From Hamiltosporidium tvaerminnensis FI-OER-3-3 (taxonomy: Eukaryota; Fungi; Microsporidia): DNA of 64,000 bases. The notes under the pieces are model-generated. The model was not told where the DNA came from and made no database searches. It saw nothing but the letters and a program-made list of their open reading frames with translations. The translations under genes and the position numbers were made by a program. The DNA is taken from positions 124,001-188,000 of the forward strand of contig JAKIMF020000004.1 in assembly GCA_022605425.2 (NCBI GenBank), written 5' to 3'. This document shows, piece by piece, positions 50,495 through 64,000 of this stretch (the stretch's first letter is position 1; each line of letters starts with the position of its first letter).

Positions 50495-51338
50495 TTTGAG
50501 GGTTGTTTTTTTTTTAAAAAATAAGAAAATTTCTAATTTTAAAAATAAGTTTTCAAAGCTGTTTTATAAATGACGGATAATTTTATTTTTAATAAAAAAT
50601 AGTTAAAAGACATTCTTAACGTAAATATGATTGTTTTTATTTTTCTGAAATTTTTAAATGAACGCTGATTTGTGAATCATTTTATAATCGAAAATGTCTT
50701 GACGGGGATGACACACACCTCGAAATATTTAATCACTTCGAAAAAAGCAAGAAACCAATAATGGTGTTGGGTTTACTAATAGGCTCTTCTTATTTGCTCG
50801 TAAATCTTAAAAAAACAATAATAGTGAGTAGAAGTGGAACATAAAATATTTAAAAACATTTAATTGTAAAGAAAATCTTTGAAATTAATGTTTTAAAAAC
50901 CTCGTTAAGATCGTAATGTGTGAAAAGAATAATTTAATAAATATTTTTTTTTAGTTTTGAAAGTGTACATTTTTAAAAATTTTTAACAGTTACATCATCA
51001 ATTGTATTATAAAATGTATGTTTTTTTGCTTTTCCTCCGTGAAATTTATTTATATTCTCAATAATAATTTCATAAACACTTATTTTTCGAATAGTCTAAA
51101 AGAATTTTATACCATTAAATTAAAAGATTTTTATTAAAAAAAGACTAGGAAGTTATACAATTATTACATTGTTTAATATAAAGATCTTGCACATAGTTAT
51201 GTGTTTTTTTTTTCCGACACAAAAAGCTTTACAAACTTTAAATCTATAAAAAGGTAAGGCAATGAGATGAAAATAGATGATAAAATTATTTGATTAAGAA
51301 TGAAATTATAATTAAAGTTACTAAAAATTTAATATCTC

Positions 51339-51541
51339 TGCCGTAATTTTCGGGAAGGCAGCTAAGTTTGAAGTACGTCTCCAACAAGGAGATCGTCTTC
51401 CTGCTCACCATTCCTCTGTTGTTGTAAAGTAAAGAATTGTTTTTAGAAAAATTGTCTTTATTTGTTTTGTTCATGATGGCACCCCCTCCTTTTATTTATA
51501 AAATATAAATATCATATTTTTGTGATATAAATAATATCACA
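51339..51541 (-). repeat. 3' LTR
   Basis: Appears identical to 55130-55316 joined to 59133-59148. Confidence 0.95.
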
Positions 51542-51553
51542 TTCTGCCTCTTC
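51542..51553 (-). other. Polypurine tract
   Basis: GAAGAGGCAGAA on the minus strand abuts the 3' LTR and overlaps the pol stop codon. Confidence 0.8.
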
Positions 51554-54500
51554 AAATTTTTAAATTTTTTATATGGGTAAAATGTTTATCTCCATCCAAT
51601 CTTACCCAATACCCTTTTTTACTTATCCAAACCACCTTCTTTCTTCCTACATACTTTTTGTCTAATTTCGTTGAAAGATATTTCTTAACATATACCATAT
51701 CTCCTAGTGCAAGTTTGGATTTATTAGAATAAATATTATTATGTTGTATGCAATCATACTCTACCCGTCTTCTTAATGGATCGTAAATAGAATATTCTTT
51801 AATAATGCTATAGGGAGAACATTTCAAACTTGAATTATAATTTAAATTTATCGTATTTTCAATTTCTTTAACAATTTCATATATATCTTTCTTTTTGTTA
51901 ATTGATAACATAAAAGATATTGTCTTGTTTATTCTTTCTGAGATACCATTTGATCCGGGGCTATAAATGGGGATCAGTAACTGTTTTATATTCTGTTTGT
52001 TCAAATATTCTTTCATTTCTGTACTAATAAATTGTCTTCCATTATCGCTTATGATTATTTTCGGGCTTTTAAATTTAGTAATCCAGTCATTTATAGAATT
52101 TATAATATGTTTAGTTTTAACATTATTTAAAAAATAGATTTTTGTTATTCTGGAATAAATATCTGTAATTGTCAAAAAGTACCCAATGTCTATTTTTTCA
52201 TGATGATTATAATCAGATAAATTAAATGGACCAAAAATATCTGTGCTTACTCTTTCAAATCTACCTTCTGATTCAATACGATTCGATTTGTCTTTTTTAA
52301 ATACGTTGGTTTTATATTGTAAACACTTCTTACATTTCTTAACTATCTTATTAATTATTTTGGGCATATCTTTTATATATATATAATTTTTCAAATTATT
52401 ATACATTATCGTTATTCCTCTATGACCCGATAACTTATGAATATCTTGAATAAGATCTTCTGCCATTTCTTTTTTTATTATGATTCTTTTTTTGTTATCT
52501 AATACATATTTGTTATTTTTTGTGTTATATAAACTTGCCTTTTTGATTTTTTTTATATAAGCATTTTCGTAGTCATCTACTGATATAAAACATCGCGATA
52601 AATTATCGGCGATAACATTGTTTTTACCATCAATATGCAATATCTCATAGTTGAATTCGTTCATTATAAGTTTCCATCTTGTTATTCTCGATGTTTCATT
52701 TCGGTTTTGAAATAAGCAGTTCTTACTGTCCGTAAAAATTTCTACATATGTACCTTGAATGATTGTTTTAAAATGTATCATCGACATTAGAATAGCGAGG
52801 TATTCTTTTTCTACTATTGTATAATTTAGTTCAGTCTTCTTGAATTTTCTGCTAAAATATCCTATGATTTTGTCATCTTGCATAAGTACGCTTCCCATCC
52901 CAAGATCACTTGCATCCGTTTCTAATCTAAATTTCTTGTTGTAATCTGGGAAATGTAATCTGTGATTGTTTCCTATAGATTTTTTTATTTCATTAATTTC
53001 ATTTCTTAATTCTTCGTTCAAAGAAAATCTTGTTTTATCTTTTTTTAATAAATCTGTTAATTTTATTATTCTTCTTGAAAGATTTGGTATAAATTTTCGA
53101 TACCAATTTAAAACACCCAAAAGCTTTTGCACATCTCTTTTTGTTTTAATGTCCTTGTAGAATATCTTGTTTTCGAAATAAGATTGTTTAGGATGAATTC
53201 CTTGATTATTTACAACAAATCCCAGTATTTCCATTTCATTCTTAAAGAATTCACTCTTATCAAAATTAATTTTCACATTATTTTTGTATAATATTTTTAG
53301 TACTTCTAGAATGATAGATACATGCTCTTGTCTTGTTTTAGCATAAATAATTATATCATCAATATAGATGAAACAATTTTTAATGTTTTCTAGCATGTTT
53401 GAAATAATACGTTGGAACATTTTTGGACCGGGTTTTATACCAAAGGGAATTCTTTTATATTGCCATTGTCTGCCCATAATAAAAAATGATGTAAATTTTT
53501 TACTTTCTTCTTCTAAAACAATTTGATTGAACCCATTTCTTAGATCTATTCTAGAAAAATAATTATTTTCTCCCATATTCATAATTGATTCTTCAACATT
53601 TGGTATGAACCAAGTGTCATCGTTTATATATTTGTTCATTTTTTTGTAATCTACTACTAATCGTAATTCCTTGTTCTTTTTTTCTATAAAAAATGCTGGA
53701 CTAACAAAGTCCGAATTACTTTTTTCTATTATATCTTCTTTTAGCAATCTATTTATTTCAATCATACCAGCCTCACGATATTTAAATGGGACTGAGTATT
53801 TTACTTGTTTTGATTGGACTGGAATTGAATTAAAGTTGAGCGAAGCCTTTATATTTAAAATTGATTTAAAATTATTATTGTTAGAATTATACCTTTTAAG
53901 AATATTTATTAATTCCTCATCATTTGTTGTAGCGCAAATATTATCAATTAGTCTTTCATCCATTAATTCTTCGGTATCTCTTTCAGATCCAATTAAATGA
54001 TACTTGACGCCACAAATAGTTAATCTCTTATCTTTAAAATCGAGAACAGCCTTATTATTTATCAGAAATTCATTCCCTAATAAGATTTTAATTGGCGAAT
54101 CTTGCAGAACATAAAATTCTGTTTTGTAAGAATTCTTTTCATTCAATACCAAATCAATTATAGCCTTCTTATCACTTATTTGGCTACTACCACTACCAAA
54201 AATTGTTCTTATCGGTTTGCATTCTTCGGTCTTTAGATCATATTCTTTTATCAATGAATGATTAACATAATTTCGGTTTGATCCTGAATCAATCATAACA
54301 TTTATTTTTCTGCCATTTATCATTGTAGGCAGTTCAATATTCATATCAGATTCACTGTATTGCTTTAGGACTAAATTTTTTAAAGATGGTTCTTCCTTTT
54401 TATTGTAATTTTTTAGCAAATTACATTCTTTAGTGTTGTGGGTTCGTGATTTATGGTGTGTACACCATTTTCCTGCCTTGTAGTTTATTTCTGTCTTAGG

Positions 54501-55265
54501 AGATGTTGACTCAATAGTGTTAGTGCTCGTTTCTCTTCGATTTAATTGGCACAACAATCCAGTTTCGACGGTTTCTAAATAGTTTAATACTTCTTTTAAG
54601 GATTTATTCTGAAGTCTTTGTTTTATCAGTTCCAATTCTGTGTTTTCACCTAATCCTTTAATGAATGTTTCTTCGAGTTTTCTTTCATATTCATTCTTGC
54701 TAAAATTCATCATAAAACTATATGGCTTTAATTTTTTTATGATGCTGCCATAGTATTCCTTTATCAGAGTATGCTCTGTTTGCTTAATTTCATCTAAGCT
54801 GCTGACAAGTTTTCTTTTCATCTCAAGAGGGTAAGCGATTTCAAGTATTTCTTTTTTTAATTTTAAATAGGACGTTTTGGTAAGACTCTCTTTATAATCT
54901 TCATCATCAATTAATTTATAGGCTATTAGTCCCATTTGTTTGTCTCCCCATCCATTTGTTTCACTCATATACTCAAAATGCTCAATCCACTCCATAGATA
55001 GTTCTTTTTTTATATTTTTAATTTTTCTTATTTTTTCTTTCATTGTTATTTCGGTACCTTCTATTTTCAAATCAAATTCAACCATGTTAATTTGATCATT
55101 ATTGTTTCTTTGTGGCTTTGAATTCAAAATGCCGTAATTTTCGGGAAGGCAGCTAAGTTTGAAGTACGTCTCCAACAAGGAGATCGTCTTCCTGCTCACC
55201 ATTCCTCTGTTGTTGTAAAGTAAAGAATTGTTTTTAGAAAAATTGTCTTTATTTGTTTTGTTCAT
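51552..55265 (-). CDS. Gag-Pol polyprotein (Gag, protease, RT, RNase H, integrase)
   Basis: CTHHKSRTHNTKEC knuckle, IDSGS, LRLVVDY, YIDD, TDAS, HHCC, SDNGRQF, NGISER; gypsy domain order. Confidence 0.96.
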   Translation of the reverse strand: MNKTNKDNFSKNNSLLYNNRGMVSRKTISLLETYFKLSCLPENYGILNSKPQRNNNDQINMVEFDLKIEGTEITMKEKIRKIKNIKKELSMEWIEHFEYMSETNGWGDKQMGLIAYKLIDDEDYKESLTKTSYLKLKKEILEIAYPLEMKRKLVSSLDEIKQTEHTLIKEYYGSIIKKLKPYSFMMNFSKNEYERKLEETFIKGLGENTELELIKQRLQNKSLKEVLNYLETVETGLLCQLNRRETSTNTIESTSPKTEINYKAGKWCTHHKSRTHNTKECNLLKNYNKKEEPSLKNLVLKQYSESDMNIELPTMINGRKINVMIDSGSNRNYVNHSLIKEYDLKTEECKPIRTIFGSGSSQISDKKAIIDLVLNEKNSYKTEFYVLQDSPIKILLGNEFLINNKAVLDFKDKRLTICGVKYHLIGSERDTEELMDERLIDNICATTNDEELINILKRYNSNNNNFKSILNIKASLNFNSIPVQSKQVKYSVPFKYREAGMIEINRLLKEDIIEKSNSDFVSPAFFIEKKNKELRLVVDYKKMNKYINDDTWFIPNVEESIMNMGENNYFSRIDLRNGFNQIVLEEESKKFTSFFIMGRQWQYKRIPFGIKPGPKMFQRIISNMLENIKNCFIYIDDIIIYAKTRQEHVSIILEVLKILYKNNVKINFDKSEFFKNEMEILGFVVNNQGIHPKQSYFENKIFYKDIKTKRDVQKLLGVLNWYRKFIPNLSRRIIKLTDLLKKDKTRFSLNEELRNEINEIKKSIGNNHRLHFPDYNKKFRLETDASDLGMGSVLMQDDKIIGYFSRKFKKTELNYTIVEKEYLAILMSMIHFKTIIQGTYVEIFTDSKNCLFQNRNETSRITRWKLIMNEFNYEILHIDGKNNVIADNLSRCFISVDDYENAYIKKIKKASLYNTKNNKYVLDNKKRIIIKKEMAEDLIQDIHKLSGHRGITIMYNNLKNYIYIKDMPKIINKIVKKCKKCLQYKTNVFKKDKSNRIESEGRFERVSTDIFGPFNLSDYNHHEKIDIGYFLTITDIYSRITKIYFLNNVKTKHIINSINDWITKFKSPKIIISDNGRQFISTEMKEYLNKQNIKQLLIPIYSPGSNGISERINKTISFMLSINKKKDIYEIVKEIENTINLNYNSSLKCSPYSIIKEYSIYDPLRRRVEYDCIQHNNIYSNKSKLALGDMVYVKKYLSTKLDKKYVGRKKVVWISKKGYWVRLDGDKHFTHIKNLKI

Positions 55266-55316
55266 GATGGCACCCCCTCCTTTTATTTATAAAATATAAA
55301 TATCATATTTTTGTGA
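55130..55316 (-). repeat. 5' LTR, main part (remainder at 59133-59148)
   Basis: Matches 51339-51525; interrupted by the LINE. Confidence 0.95.
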
Positions 55317-59127
<3,811 letters not shown>

Positions 59128-61658
59128 TGTGATATAAATAATATCACAATCTCTTAATACAGAATATAAAAATTTACTTATTAAAAAATACTCCGAGTTT
59201 TAATTAAGAAACAGCAAAACTGCTGATGTAAAACACCTATGAAATATCAAAATATATACTAGCAAACAGATTGGGTACGGTTATAAAAATCCTAATCAAA
59301 AAATTGAGAAATTTGGCTTAGATAACGAAGTTTATGAAATAAATCTATCTGTTAAGTTTTATTTTCTGATGAATCTAAAATTTAGTTTGTTTCTAAAGGC
59401 TCAAACGTTAGTATTATAATAAAGAATTTTCATAGCAATAAGATCAAAAATTTTAAACGCTTGAAAAAGCAAGATTACATTTTCAAGTTAATACAGATGA
59501 ACTAAATACTAAAAATAATTCAAGACTAATAAAGAAGGAATTAATATAAATTCTGTACATATAGATGATATTTCTGCTATTAACACCATATTTTCTTCAT
59601 TTAGAATTTCCAGCGATTTAAAAAGAAAAAATTACTAAAAAAAAACAAAGATAATAAAAAAAATTTAATAAATATTTTTAACAGACAAATGAAGAGAAAT
59701 TTGTTGAAAATATCAATAATTTCAAAGAATATATCTGTTTACATAAGTCTGTAATAGTATAAACCATCAAGTGAGAATCAACGAGTTTTTCCAATAATTT
59801 AAGTTTAGAATTTCTGTCGAAATTACTGATTTATTGTAAAAATTCAAGCTTTAGACAGTTTTTATTGTTCAAAAAATATTTCTTCCTGGTTGCGCATGAA
59901 GAAGAACTGCATATTCCTAAATCTGCTTATGTATAGAATTGATACAACATAATTTCTATTGATTTTTTCAAAAAAAATTGGTCATATTGTGTAAGAAAAA
60001 AATATTTTGATATTTAAAAAACAGAAAAAATTTATTTCATTTTTGAAGTACGAAGAATCTATTTATATTGCAACTTCGGATTTTATTAGAAAAATAAGAG
60101 ACTTCAGTTAGGAATGCAACGAATGTAAAGGTGGATTATGAAATGAAACCCCTTATTGTTTCATGCTAACTTTTTTTGCAGTGAATATAGACTAAGTTGG
60201 ATATTTAAAAAAAATCACAGAAAAACCGCTCAACAAATTACATGACAAACATGGAATACGATGCATTTAAGATAACCAAGACTAGATATTATACTTGCAT
60301 TTGCTATCAATTCACTTGTACATATCAAAGTAGGAGATAAAGACTTCTATGATACTATCAACATCAGCTAATTCATAAAGAGGATTCATTTCGAGAAAGG
60401 AAAAAACCATCCATCTATTTATACTATTATTTTTCTGTTGAGTATCATAAGAATCGATATTATTAAGATGCTTACACAGTAAAATATTAGGTGAGTATTA
60501 TGAAGTTGAGTATTACACCTTTATAAATATTAAAAACGACTTAATATTCGAAGTTAATACAAAATATTTATTTAAGAAATATTTTTAGGGTTTGAATAAG
60601 AAAAAATTACTATTTTGGAAGCATTATTTATCTATAATTTTAAAATTCAATTTAATAATTTAATTAATCTAAAAATATAACTTAAATTTCTTTGTATGTT
60701 TGGACATATTCTTAATATTTTTTGAATTAATGAGATAGAATATACCTGAAATACATCAATTAAAACCATTAGTAATATTTCTTACTAGGTAATTTTAAAA
60801 GACTACTATATTATTTACGAGAGGAATATCATATTTGTCAACTTAAACGGTAAATTTAAAGATCGACAAAAAACTATAGAACAACAATTTGATAGATAGT
60901 GGAGAAAATTCTTTTGATTTCAAAACACTACCGTGTTCTTTAATTTGGCCAAATTATACGAGAAAATACTGTAAAAAATCTAAACTAAAAAATTTAAAAG
61001 GCACAAACCATAGATTAAAAAAATATAATCATGAAGAATACCAAGATGAAGTTTATCATATAAGAAAATAATTACTATGATTATAATTAGAAAATATAAA
61101 GTATGAATAGAATAATACAAAATTCTTAGTCAGAAACTTTACACTATACTAATATAAGCAAATAAAATGTACGATACTATAATAATGTTCAAATTAATTT
61201 GATAGAGAAATATTATATTAAATCTATTTTATAAAACATTTTTCAGTCTAAAAGATATACTGAGTTGAACAATGCTTTAAAACCGAGGAATAATAATTGA
61301 TTTTTTTTTGATACATCTATTAATATTCATATTGACATCTCTAGTGATATCAGAAATTTTTTTTCGATATCAGTAATTTTTGTGAAAAGTGACCTTAACA
61401 TTTATTTTCAAAGAAATCTATTTAGTTGTTAATTAAATTGATACTTTATCAAAATAATCTTATCATAAAAAAAAAACCAATATTTATGTACTTTTACAAA
61501 GGTATTTGTTAGATTCAAAACCTGTTTTTATTTCTTTTTTAAAACGTTAAAAGAATCAAATTACAGTATAATGAAAAGATAGAACATTGATAATTTATTT
61601 ATTTATCTACAAACAAAGTTTTAAATTAAAATATATAAATGTCCAAATTTGACATGGT

Positions 61659-61940
61659 ATGTTGTTTAGTTTACGCACACCCACGTTCTTCATAATTTCT
61701 TTTGCATGTATATTTTCCAAAAAGGCACAAAGTGATGTTCAAGCAAAGAGTAATATCGTAGCCGGTGCATCAGATAGACCGACCGGTAAAAGTGAATTGT
61801 TCGGAAGTTTATTTGGTTTGGGAGCAGCGAAAGTTGCTGATCCATTTTATAATCCTTATAGGGCTGGATATAGAAGAGGGGTCGGGTATGGATATGGAAC
61901 AGGAGCAGCCGTAGGTGGGGTAGGATATGGATTTCCATAA
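61659..61940 (+). CDS. Small secreted Gly/Tyr-rich protein
   Basis: Signal-peptide-like N-terminus, GYGYG-rich tail, TATATAAA upstream, AATAAA overlapping the stop region, raised GC. Confidence 0.7.
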   Translation: MLFSLRTPTFFIISFACIFSKKAQSDVQAKSNIVAGASDRPTGKSELFGSLFGLGAAKVADPFYNPYRAGYRRGVGYGYGTGAAVGGVGYGFP

Positions 61941-62476
61941 ATAAATAGTCTAAATTTCTTTTATTTTTCTGTATTTTTTCTAAATTTGACTCACTCTAAA
62001 TACTTGTTTCACTTTTTTACACACATTTTATGTCTAAAACATTGTATAAGCCATTTTTTGCAAATATCATAACCTTAAATCCTTCTAGTATTTTATTAAA
62101 TACTGTTAAGTAATACACGGAAGCTAAGATTGGATACAAACTTTAGCTGTATCATTTTTTAAAGGTTTTTTTGTGAATCTTTATTAAATCAAGAAAAACT
62201 ATTTAGAATTTTATAGAAAAAACTTCGAATTCAAAACCTATAAAATTTTTATCTATTAATTACAATGTTCATATAAAAGAAACATAATAAAAGATAAAAA
62301 TAAAAGAAGAATATGAATATATTTCAAAAAACAATATTAAATATTAGATAAATTCTCCATATAAAGAAATAGTGTTAGAAACCCAGGCATATCTTTTGTT
62401 AATGAGTGAAATAAAATTATTTGAATTTTTAAATTGAGAAATATAAAAATAGAATAAAGTTAAAATGAATTTTTTT

Positions 62477-64000
62477 TTATTTTTTTGAATCTTTCTTTAA
62501 GTTTTTTATATTTTCAAAATATTCAACTAATCTGGCGACTCTACCTTTTCCTTTGGTTCTAAGTTTTCTAGAATTTGTTGCGCTATCAGTTCTAATCGTG
62601 TCAAAATATATGAAAATTGGATTGTTCATAGAAGTTTCGAGCCTTTGAAGTTCCTCTTGGTCTTGTGTTAAATCACTGGCTAAAGTCTGTTTTTTATTCT
62701 GGTTTTCATTTTTATCACCTGATTTAAGATTGTAATGTGTTACAACAAATTTTTCTGTTGGTTCTTCTTTTTCATTTACGACGATAGAATCTGATGTTGT
62801 TTTTTCTGATACGTTTTCTTCGTTTTTTGAAATTATTTTTGAAGCTGTTTTAATCTCAGACACCTTTTCTAATTCAGCTTGGCATTCTAATTTTTGAATT
62901 TCTTGAATCTTCCCGATTTTTGGTTCTGATTTTCCAGATTCTTGTCCTTCCGAAACCACATCTGACGGTTTTCGCTCGCCGTTGCTATCTTCATTCTTAT
63001 CTACCTTATTTATGTCTTTGGTGGGTTTATTAGCGTATTCGCTCTGTTTCTGATCAGAAGTTAGAGGTTGAATGATTTCTTTATCTTCTTCAATAGATTT
63101 ACGTTCTCTTGCTTCTTTTGGCTTGTTTTCATCTAATTTTATGTGTTCTTTTGATTTTCTTTCATCTGGTTTTAATTGTTCCTTTGGTTTGAATGAATTC
63201 AGTCTTTCTTCTGGTAGTTTTTTAATTTCTTGCATTGGTTTTCTTTCGCTCTTTTCATCTTTTTCTTCGGTGGATGATGTTTTGGACGAAAATCTGCTCT
63301 GTGTGGATAAACTATTACTCGATGTTTCGGTTAGTTTCATCTTTAACTCTTCTTTTGGTTCCGTTTCTATTTTTTTACCGTTTTGTTTTTCAGAACTGCT
63401 TTCAATAGATTTCTCTGTGTTATCCATACTATCTTGCTTATTATCGATTTCTTTTTGATCCTTATTTAGATTATCTAATCTTTCATTGGAAGATTTTTCT
63501 TCTTCAGGTTTTGAAAAATTTTGATTGCCATCACTTCTTTCTAAACTTAAATGACCACTTTCTCTAGAAGATTTTATACTTGAGATGTCACTTTTATCAA
63601 TAGATTGGTCAGTTAAACCTTTATTATCAGTTCTCCGATCGTCTAACACTTTTTTGTTAGGATCGTTGGATTCTATAATTTTATCTTCCCTAGAATCCAC
63701 AGGATTGTCTTCAGATGGTTTGGATTTTGATTCAAACGCATCGCTAATTTTTTCATCTTTAACTACCTCATTTTCAGAAAACGCTTCAGTCGGATTTGGG
63801 TTTTCTACATGGTATTTCGAAAAAGATGCACCTTTTTGCACAGGAAAATTTTCACTTATTTCAGAACTTAAAGTAGAAAAAGGATCATATTTAACATTTT
63901 CTTTGCTTTTAGTAGATCCTCCATAGGGCATTTCTTTACTTGATTTTGTTGCATCGCTCAATGATGATCCATCAACATTTTCATAAATATTTGTATTTTT
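62477..64000 (-). CDS. Large low-complexity K/E/S-rich protein, 5' end outside the window
   Basis: Frame stays open to the window edge (the track's start is a TTG); ends with KGRVARLVEYFE. Confidence 0.85.
   Translation of the reverse strand, partial: KNTNIYENVDGSSLSDATKSSKEMPYGGSTKSKENVKYDPFSTLSSEISENFPVQKGASFSKYHVENPNPTEAFSENEVVKDEKISDAFESKSKPSEDNPVDSREDKIIESNDPNKKVLDDRRTDNKGLTDQSIDKSDISSIKSSRESGHLSLERSDGNQNFSKPEEEKSSNERLDNLNKDQKEIDNKQDSMDNTEKSIESSSEKQNGKKIETEPKEELKMKLTETSSNSLSTQSRFSSKTSSTEEKDEKSERKPMQEIKKLPEERLNSFKPKEQLKPDERKSKEHIKLDENKPKEARERKSIEEDKEIIQPLTSDQKQSEYANKPTKDINKVDKNEDSNGERKPSDVVSEGQESGKSEPKIGKIQEIQKLECQAELEKVSEIKTASKIISKNEENVSEKTTSDSIVVNEKEEPTEKFVVTHYNLKSGDKNENQNKKQTLASDLTQDQEELQRLETSMNNPIFIYFDTIRTDSATNSRKLRTKGKGRVARLVEYFENIKNLKKDSKK

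Noticed and set aside
51286-51474. 62-aa ORF identical to the Gag N-terminus
   Set aside because: A by-product of the LTR duplication

Overview
AT-rich eukaryotic DNA that reads as a microsporidian genome with a large, repeat-rich architecture (Hamiltosporidium-like; the genus is an inference). Support: compact divergent housekeeping genes, a CCC motif just upstream of most ATGs, and 21-23 nt GTAAGT..TAAT(T)TAG introns. Host genes: RPS29, RPS5, NCL1/TRM4, a TPR+J-domain protein, TRS23, PNO1, a multi-Myb protein, a Cu P1B-ATPase, a homeodomain protein, an Sfr1/Mei5-like protein, a two-intron membrane protein gene that the ORF track splits, and several orphans. Mobile DNA: a DD34E Tc1/IS630-like transposon, an intact Ty3/gypsy element, and an R4-like RLE non-LTR retrotransposon (one full-length copy nested in the gypsy LTR, plus truncated or decayed copies). 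The top finding is a ~730-bp non-coding, stem-loop-rich element present about 10 times in 64 kb. One copy has a perfect 16-bp target-site duplication and a 3' end resembling the RLE element's, suggesting a SINE-like structured RNA mobilised by that LINE. All alignments and folds were done by eye; no database searches were run.
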